Shown piece by piece: positions 55,816 through 64,000 of a DNA stretch of 64,000 bases (within the stretch, counting starts at the first letter, position 1; every line of letters begins with the position of its first letter). The position numbers were made by a program, and so were the translations under genes. The notes under the pieces are model-generated. The model saw only the letters and a list, made by a program, of their open reading frames with translations. It was not told the origin of the DNA and did not search any database. This DNA comes from Octopus vulgaris (lineage: Eukaryota), in NCBI GenBank assembly GCA_951406725.2, contig OX597840.1, positions 20,770,001-20,834,000 of the forward strand, given 5' to 3'.

Positions 55816-57167
55816 CATGCCTTCAATGGCTTTTTTATATTGTTCAAAAGTTTGTATCAGCTCGTTGCCTCCGTCAAATCGACAGGTTGACTGACGGTTT
55901 GCCACGTCAGATGTCAGAGTGATCGCAGAGCAACGAACATGAAACGAAGTGCTTCGCTCCAGAAAAATAATATACCGCCGGTCTGGGAATCGAAACTGCG
56001 TTCTAGCAATCGTGAAAGCAACACCCTAACCACAATCCTATGCATCCTCGCAAGAAGCAGGGTATAACATATATTCCGTACTAAGCGGCGAATATAAACG
56101 GAAAATAAGTACGTTTCGTCATTTCCGATCCGGCTTTTCGTTTACCGCTCAAATCTTCTCGACGTGTAAGTCAAATAAGAAACTTGCTCGGGTAGACGGA
56201 CGGGTAGATAATAAACACGTATACGTGCATGGGGAAGGGTGTGTACCTCACGTGTTTATAAAACCGTAAATTATAATGATGTAATTAGCAAAGGTTGTTG
56301 TTTCATCATGAACTGAAATCTCGGAAGTTCGAGATTACACGCCAGCTTAAAGGAAATAATTTTAAAATCACATTTTTTTCCGGAAATTAACAAGGGAAGA
56401 TAACTCTTGCACGTACAGAACCGGACTGAAATATCCGGCAAGTTCCAGACACTCATAATATATACTCTCTCTTTTTCTCTTTTACTTGTTTCAGTCATTT
56501 GACTGCGGCCATGCTGGAGCACCGCCTTTAGTCGAGCAAATCGACCCCGGGACTTATTCTTTGTAAGCCCAGTACTTATTCTATCGATCTCTTTTGCCGA
56601 ACCGCTAAGTGACGGGGACGTAAACACACCAGCATCGGTTGTCAAGCAATGCTAGAGGGACAAACACAGACACACAAACATATACACACACATACATATA
56701 TATATACATATATACGACAGGCTTCTTTCAGTTTCCGTCTACCAAATCCACTCACAAGGCTTTGGTCGGCCCGAGGCTATAGCAGAAGACACTTGCCCAA
56801 GATGCCATATATCTGTAAAAATAATGTAACAATTACTCGGTAGCCAAGATAAAACTCTGAGTAGAGTGTCATGTAAGGCCTGGTTGGAGGTCTAACCATC
56901 TGAGTTGGTTGGTTTACAGTTATGTGACTTAGCGGTTCAGTAAAAAGGAACTGGTAGCATAAGTCCCAGACTTTAAAAAGATATTCGGGTTGATTTGTTT
57001 GACTTAAACATTTCTAGGCGGTGCCCCCACCATAGCTGCAGTCGAATGAGGGCTTAGAAAACGGGTGTGTGAATCTGAGAGGGGAATATGTTGGATAAAA
57101 TCGTAATTAACTGATCCTCTTGTATTTTCTTTTACTCAAAGCCAGGAACTTTTCAGCCCCCCATTAT

Positions 57168-57390
57168 ACTTGGATCTCTTCTCAGCTGCTTCCGTCATTG
57201 CCATAAGAGCTCTGACTCTCTTTCTCGCAGAAACTGAGAACCATCTCATGAGATCAGGAGCAGATTTGCCCACAAACCTTCTCACGCCCATCTCTTTGGA
57301 CTTTGGTTTGGAAGTCAGATTCTCTCAATCTCATGGCTAAACCGTCGTATTTTTCACTCCTATATCTATAATGGGCTTTCTCCATTCTGT
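57168..57390 (-). mobile_element. Decayed RLE-endonuclease C-terminus of a non-LTR retrotransposon
   Basis: Frameshifted AHYR...KYDGLA...EMGVRRFVGKS...MTEAAEKRS resembles the AHERK..KY..L / EVG.RGF / AAE..S motifs. Confidence 0.5.
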
Positions 57391-57739
57391 TTTCATATGG
57401 CACAACGGGTTCAAACAGAATCACTTGTTTTGATACAAGTGACGCGAATACAATGTCTGGTCTCTATACCGCATATGTGTGACTTTGTGTCTGTTTTTGT
57501 TCACCGCTACCGCTTGGCAACCGGTGTTGGTGTGTTTACGTCCTTGCAACTTAGCGATTCGGTAAGAGGGGACGATTAAATAACTACCAGACTAAACAAA
57601 AAAAGAAGAGGAACCCCTATCGATTAATCCGACTAGATGAAATATAAAAGGAGTGGAAACTAACCAACTTCGAAAACAGATTCCGTTTATTCAATAAAAA
57701 GGGCAGAAGAGTACATTGCAGAGCGTTGTACAGTATACA

Positions 57740-57912
57740 CGGATTTCTGGAACTTCCGGATTTCTGGAGTCCGGAAGTCGGTTCCGCGCTGTATTTATTT
57801 TTAGACACTATATTTCAGCAATTCGCGCGCGTAACGGAAATTGCCAGTACGAAACTGCGGCTTTGAAAACTCGTTACTGTCAGTATAATTAATGTTTAGG
57901 AACATGGCGACT
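57740..57912 (+). promoter_or_regulatory. Housekeeping-type promoter of an unidentified gene
   Basis: CpG-rich island with inverted ETS sites (ACTTCCGG ~57752, CCGGAAGT 57771), E2F-like TTCGCGCG ~57822 and YY1/Kozak-like AACATGGCG 57901-57909. Confidence 0.5.
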
Positions 57913-58634
57913 GTATTGACTGAAATTCCCCATAAATTAGTCTTAAGAAAACTTAGTATCGGCGACTGTTATTTACTCTATTTGATAGAAACTGAATGTT
58001 TTAAAGTAGATTTACAGTTCCTGAATGCTTTTAATTTCCGTAACTCCTGCTGTGAAACCCTACAGAGACAGGCTATAAAACAGCCTGGTGGTCATTCCTC
58101 TTATATGTATGTGTGTATCATCATCATCGTCGTCGTTTAACGTCCGCTTTCCATGCTAGCATGGGTTGGACGATTTGACTGAGGGCTGGCGAACCAGATG
58201 GCCGCACCAGGCTTCAATCTTGATCTTGGTGAGTTTCTACAGCTGGATGCCCTTCCTAAAGCCAACCACTCTGAGAGTGTAGTGGGTGCTTTTTACATGC
58301 CACCGGCATGGGGGCCAGTCAGGCAGTACTGGCAATGACCTCGCTCGAATCTTTTTACACATGCCACCGGCACAGGTCCCAGTAAGGCGACGCTGGTAAC
58401 GATCACGCTCAAATGGTGGCTTTTACATGCCACCAGCACGGAAGCTAGTTAGCCGCTCTGGCAACGATCACGCTCGAATGGTACTCTTAGCACCCTACTA
58501 GCACGGGGCTCGAGTGCCAGTAAGGAGAAGCTGGTAACGATCACACTCGAATGATGATGATGATGACACACAGGAGTGTGTGAACAAAGGAAAGAAAGCA
58601 GCCCCCAACACATTTTGCTGGAGCCATATGTATT

Positions 58635-59053
58635 TAGGCAATCTTTCGTCTCTAGTAGACCTTTCTGTCGATTTCCGTAAAAAATTTTTTTTTTTTACAT
58701 ATGGGCTTGCGGGAACTTTTGAAGTAATGAGAGCGAAAGAGACTAAGAGAAAACGATTGTATGACGAGGGAAATTCTTTTGAAGTTACCGTGCATGGGAA
58801 GCATTGATGTACATGTGTGTGTGTGTGTGTGTGTTTGATGGGGTGTGGGAGACAGACAGTATGTTGTGTAAGTGAAGTGCTTCTGTTAGTATGTGTGAAG
58901 AGACAGAGTAATGTGTGAAAGAAAGAGATAACTGAAATTTTTTACTCGGTGTATGTGTATATGTATGTATATTACTTCAAAAGTTCCCGCAAGTCCATAT
59001 GTAAAAAAAAAAATTATTTTACAGAAAGGTCTACTAGAGACGAAAGATCGCCT
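58635..59053. mobile_element. MITE with ~90-bp TIRs
   Basis: ATCTTTCGTCTCTAGTAGACCTTTCTGT...TTGCGGGAACTTTTGAAGTAAT mirrored at ~58970-59050. Confidence 0.75.
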
Positions 59054-59419
59054 GTATTTAATATCAGGGCAACTCAACTCTACATTACTTGAAGTTTCTT
59101 GGTTGCAGAACACATTCACGGTACATAATATTCAGAAGGTCTCTGCCCTTTGGCTGACGGATATAGCTTAGGATAATTGTCATGCTGAGACATTCATTGA
59201 GGTAGAAACGTGTCCGCAACTCTACTGTAACCTCCAGAAAAGAAGCCTGTCCTTTTCCTTAGTGCCATGTCAACTTTGGAGAATTCTTTTATTTAATTCT
59301 TGGAATTATCCCCCCTTTTCCTGTGGCAGTAGTCTCAGATGCCGTTTGGTAATTATGACACATCCTCTAAAGGCAAAGACATTTTAAGAAATCAGTCATT
59401 TATTTTGTGTGCCGATCTT

Positions 59420-59600
59420 TCAGAGTGGATGGAACGCATAAAAGTGGGAGACCCAGGGAAACATGTGTTGAAGTACTGAAAGAGAGACATCAGGTTGCTG
59501 AACCTTTCAGGTGTGATAACAAAGGACTGAGATACCTGGTGCTTGGCTGTACTCAAGGAGACCTGTACCCTTCTGTAAAAGCGTAAAAACTGATCTTTCG
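59420..59600 (+). mobile_element. Degenerate RTE-type LINE 3' end
   Basis: VDG...GRPRETCVEVLKRDI.LLNL...D*DTW pattern. Confidence 0.55.
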
Positions 59601-59751
59601 GGTGGTGTAAAGCAGTGCTACTCAAAGTGGTGGTCTGTGGACCAGCACCGATCTGTGAGCCATCAGGTGCCGGTACACAACGAGTTTCCAGAAAAGAAAG
59701 AAATATAAAATGCTTTTGTAATATTGTATTATTTGTTTACAAAATAAATTT

Positions 59752-60126
59752 CTCTCTATATAAAGCTGAAGTTGTCTGTGTATGGCAGGTTTGGTAGCCT
59801 TCAACTAACACTATCTCCTCCGAGACTCTGCGGTGCAAGTTGACCAAAATTGAGAGTATGATAGAAGAAGGCTTGCTCTTCCTTCCGTAGAAGAAAAAAT
59901 TCAAATCGGACCATGTTAACACCAAAAATTATTTACATAAAAATGGTGCTTTTTTTCTATGAAAATTCCTATTTTTTAATGACTACTGTATTGTCATTTT
60001 TCGGTGTATTTCAACCAGAAAAATGTTCACTTAAAGAGAATAACAAGATACATAATGCAAAATGTTTACTTTTCAAAATGGGTCGGAAAGAAAACGAACC
60101 CGAGCAATGCTGGGCTATACTACTAG
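59752..60126 (-). mobile_element. HINE-like element, copy of 25679-26072
   Basis: Same interior (shared pseudo-ORF [19 protein letters not shown]) and same termini. Confidence 0.6.
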
Positions 60127-62938
60127 TATAAGATAAAAATAAATGTCAACTTTTATTATATTTATCATTGTTTCTGGTATCAATTAACATTACTAAGAAG
60201 TATTATCGATACCTGGCACATTGGAAAAGAAAAGAAAAAACTGCCAGTATGCCACATCGGATAGTTTAAGAAGCACGTCTTTCATGGCAGTGCCATGTGA
60301 AAGCGCTTATGCAGTACCATATAAGAACACCACGTAACAGCACCTATGCGGTGCCACATAACAGCGCCCACGCAGTGCCATGTCAGAATGCCTGTATGGT
60401 GCCACGTAAAAACGCCCATGTGGTGCTGCATAACAGTTCCCACATAAGAACGTCTGTGCGGTGCCACATAAAACCGTCCATGTGGTGGTATGTAACAATG
60501 CCTGTGCAATGTCACGTAACAGCGTCTGTATGGTGCCATATAGAAGTGTCCATGCAGTGCTATGCAAAAGCTCCTGAGTGTCACCACATAAAATCATCCA
60601 GCACCCTCTGCAAAATGGTTGGCATTAAGAAGGGCATCCAGCTGTAGGAACCATGCCAAAATAGACTGGAGTCTGGTGCCTCCCCCCACCCCTCAGCTTG
60701 CCAGCTCTGGTTACACCATCCAACCCATGCCAGTATGGACAACAGACGTTAAATGATGATGATGATGATGACGATGATGATGATGATGATGATTGTGTTG
60801 TATGGTATTTGATATACCTGTATTATCTATGTTGTTCACATACATTTCACAGGGTACTCCGAGTTATTTCTCACCCACTCGTCCTACCCAATCCTCTCTA
60901 CTACTTATACACACTTCCTTCCACTTTGAGTATGCACCCCAACACATCTTCTTTGCCATCTTTCCTCTCTTTTTCTTTTCTCCTCTGCCTCTTTCCAACT
61001 GGGGGAGCCATGTATCCACTTTACTCATTCTCAAAAAAGGAGGGTAAGGGGTCATGAATGACCACGGGATGGCACCCAGAGAGTTCACCTCTGAGGCATG
61101 AGTCTGGGTAAGGTTGTTTATGGAAGACAGTTGTCCATGCATGCCAGCCTCTCCTCTCCATACCACCAATGTTACCCAAGGGAAAAGCAAAGACTGATAC
61201 AGCTTGGCTCCAGTGACATTGCAACTCATTTCTACAGCAGAGTGAACTGGAACAATGTGAAATAAAGTGTCTTGCTCAAGAACACAACACACAGCCCGGT
61301 CCAGGAATTGAACTCACTACCTCATGATCGTGAGCCCAATGCTCTAACCACTGAGCCATGCACCTTCATATTCATACTCAAACAGGAAATTGGAAATTTT
61401 TTGTATTATTTATTTACCATTACATGTGTTTCATTTCCTAATAGGAATTACAAAGTCTTACATGTTAGACCAGAGGTCAGCGAACTGGGGGAAATTACTC
61501 TAATTAGGATAAAAATGAAATTTTTGTGGGTAATGAGGACTCGTTAGACATAAGTAAAATTATATAAAAAACATGTTCCTTGTTTTGACAGATATTTTCC
61601 TTCTGTCCACACTGCATCGGCCCAATGAAATGGACATGCAAATAGATTCAATAAATGTTTTGAATTCAAAGAATCTGTGATTTTCTTCCTTTGAAATCAA
61701 AAGGGTAGCATCAGTGTAAATAAATATATTTTGGGACAATTGTTTAAAAAAGTTCCCTAACATTTTTAAGGCACATGGCCTAATGGTTAGAGCAGCTGAC
61801 TCGCAGTTGAGGGATCATGGGTTCAAATCTTAGACCGGGCAATATGTGTGTTTATGAGCAAAACACCTAAGCTCCACATGGCTCCACTAATGGCGGTGCC
61901 CCAGCATGGCCACAGCTCGTGAGCTGAAACTAGATAAAATGAAAAATGAAATGAACCCCTGTGTTAGACAGACCTGGAAGGAATTGTCTATTAGAAATTC
62001 TTCTGACAGAAGAAAAAAAAAAAAATTAATTATTCTGGTATTATTTTTTTCTCTGCTTGACAGGAAATTCCTAACAAGTAAAACCTTGTAATTCCTATTA
62101 GCAAACGAAACATGTGTAATGCAGAAGAAATAGTACCAAAAATTTTACATTTTCTTGTTTCGTTTATACAATAACCCAGCAAATATTTCCATAATTCTTA
62201 ATTTTAATATGTATTTTGACGAATATATGTAGCAGCAATTGAGACAATGAATTGGATTGTGTTGATGGAATGAGCAGATGTGGTTTAAGAGGGAACAGCT
62301 GGGATTTGAAAAGTGGGAAATTCTAAGTGGAGCAGTAAAGGGAAGTCTTGATCGGGAGTGTATATACTCTTTTTCATGTATTGAGTACTTATCTGCTTTG
62401 TAAATTATGGAGAGAACAAGAGATCAGGAGGAGGAGAAGGAGAGGAGGATGAGGGAAGAAAGAGTGAGAGAGAGAGAGAGTGAATATGTGTGTGTGTATG
62501 TGTGAGAGAGAGAAGAGAGAGGTATGAGAGAAAAGGGAACAGACAGAAATAAATGAGAGAGAGAGGATAGAAAAGGAGAAAGAAAGAGAGAAAGAGAGAA
62601 AAAGGAAAGATAGATGGATTGATAGATAGATAGATAGATAGAGCTGTGTGGTAAGTAGCTTGCTAACCAACCACATGGTTCCAGGTTCAGTCCCACTGTG
62701 TGGCATCTTGGGCAAGTGTCTTCTGCTATAGCCCCGGGCAGACCAATGCCTTGTGAGTGGATTTGGTAGACGGAAACTGAAAGAAGCCCGTCGTATATAT
62801 GTATATATATATGTGTGTGTGTTTGTGTGTCTGTGTTTGTCCCCCTAGCATTGTTTGACAACCGATGCTGGTGTGTTTACGTCCCCGTAAGATAGATAGA
62901 CAGACAGACAGATAGATAGATAGATAGATTGATATAGA

Positions 62939-62982
<44 letters not shown>

Positions 62983-63000
62983 TCAAATGACCGATAGATG

Positions 63001-63032
<32 letters not shown>

Positions 63033-63259
63033 CAGGCAGACAGACAGACAGACAGGCAGATAGATGGTAGGTAGGTAGGAAAGAGAGAGGATGATTAGAT
63101 GGGAATACTGCAGGGAAGATATTAAGGTTGGAGAAAGCAAGAAAGGCAAAAGGAGGAAAAAATAGATGGATTTTTTTTAAAACGAGAAATACAGAGAGAA
63201 GCAGTGGAGTGAGGGGGGGAAGCAGCGGTTGGGAAAGCGTGTGTGATGTGTGTGAGGAA

Positions 63260-64000
63260 GAGAGAGAGAGAGGGAGGGGTGAAAGAGAGAGAGAGAAAGT
63301 GAGAGAACTGAAAGGAATAGAATAAGAAAGAGAGAAGGGGAGAGGGAGGGACAGAGGTAAAATATAGAATTAGAGAGAGGGAGGGGAAAAGTGGAAAAGA
63401 AAGGATAAATAGATATAGAAAGTAAAGTGGGGGAAGGAGAGAAAGAGAGTAGAGAGAGTAATAGTGAGAGAAAGTGATAAGGATGGAGGGAGTAATAATG
63501 AGGAAAGAGAGGAGAGAGAGAGAACGGAGAAAGCTAAAGAGTAATAGTGAGAGTAAGTGAGAAGGAAGGAAAGAGAGAGAGATTGATAGTGAGAGAGAAA
63601 TTAAGAAAGCGAGAGAGATAGAGAGAGGAAACAGAGAGCAATAGAGTAATAGTGAGAGGAATGGAGAAGGACGGTAAGAGAGAGAGAGATAGAGGAAACA
63701 GAGAGCAATAGAGTAATAGTGAGAGGAAGGGAGAAGGACGGTAAGAGAGAGAGAGAGAGATTAATTGTGAGAGAGAAATTAAAAAGGGAGAGAGAGAGGA
63801 AACAGAGCAATAGAGTAATAGTGAGAGGAAGGGAGAAGGAAAGAAAGAGAGAGAGAGATTAATAGTGAGAGAGAAATTAAGAAAGGGAGAGAAAGAGAGA
63901 GAGGAAACAGAGTAAGCTAAAGACAGTAATAGTGAGAGGAACGGAGAAGGACGGTAAGAGAGAGAGAGAGATTATTAGTGAGAGAGAAATTAAGAAAGGG
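63260..64000. repeat. Polypurine minisatellite-like region (AATAGAGTAATAGTGAGAGGA.. units)
   Basis: Direct reading. Confidence 0.85.

Noticed and set aside
61592-61680. Plus-strand coding exon after an acceptor-like ttttgacag
   Set aside because: Short frame ending in a stop, no recognisable homology, no supporting neighbouring exons
61770-61850. tRNA gene
   Set aside because: A/B-box-like head without a paired acceptor stem, continuing into SINE body sequence

Overview
Repeat-saturated, AT-rich animal genomic DNA. The SINE families, dense (TA)n/(GATA)n/(CA)n microsatellites and gene style point to a coleoid cephalopod, probably Octopus (inference). One protein-coding gene can be fully rebuilt by hand: BBS9/PTHB1 (BBSome core subunit), minus strand, 21 coding exons from ATG 47080 to TAG 18953. 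All introns are GT-AG with consistent phases, giving 2598 nt or 865 aa. A candidate non-coding first exon and promoter with an RFX X-box lie near 50.2 kb, and a separate housekeeping-type promoter lies near 57.8 kb. The rest is three SINE families, CR1/RTE/RLE LINE fragments, mariner/Tc1 remnants, MITEs, Helentron-like elements, Penelope-like remnants with minimal hammerhead ribozyme motifs, and tandem repeats. Nearly all ORFs in the supplied track are microsatellite or SINE artefacts. Most notable: (1) a 129-bp, ~96% identical antisense copy of BBS9 exon 15 plus its splice acceptor sits in intron 10 of the same gene, a candidate dsRNA, ADAR-editing or splicing switch; (2) a hammerhead ribozyme with intact core motifs lies inside a 124-bp palindrome, with related degenerate copies elsewhere; (3) a 16-bp minisatellite makes a 688-nt AG-free, YCAY/UCUU-rich zone in front of exon 20. 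Coordinates were counted by eye. Repeat boundaries are approximate.
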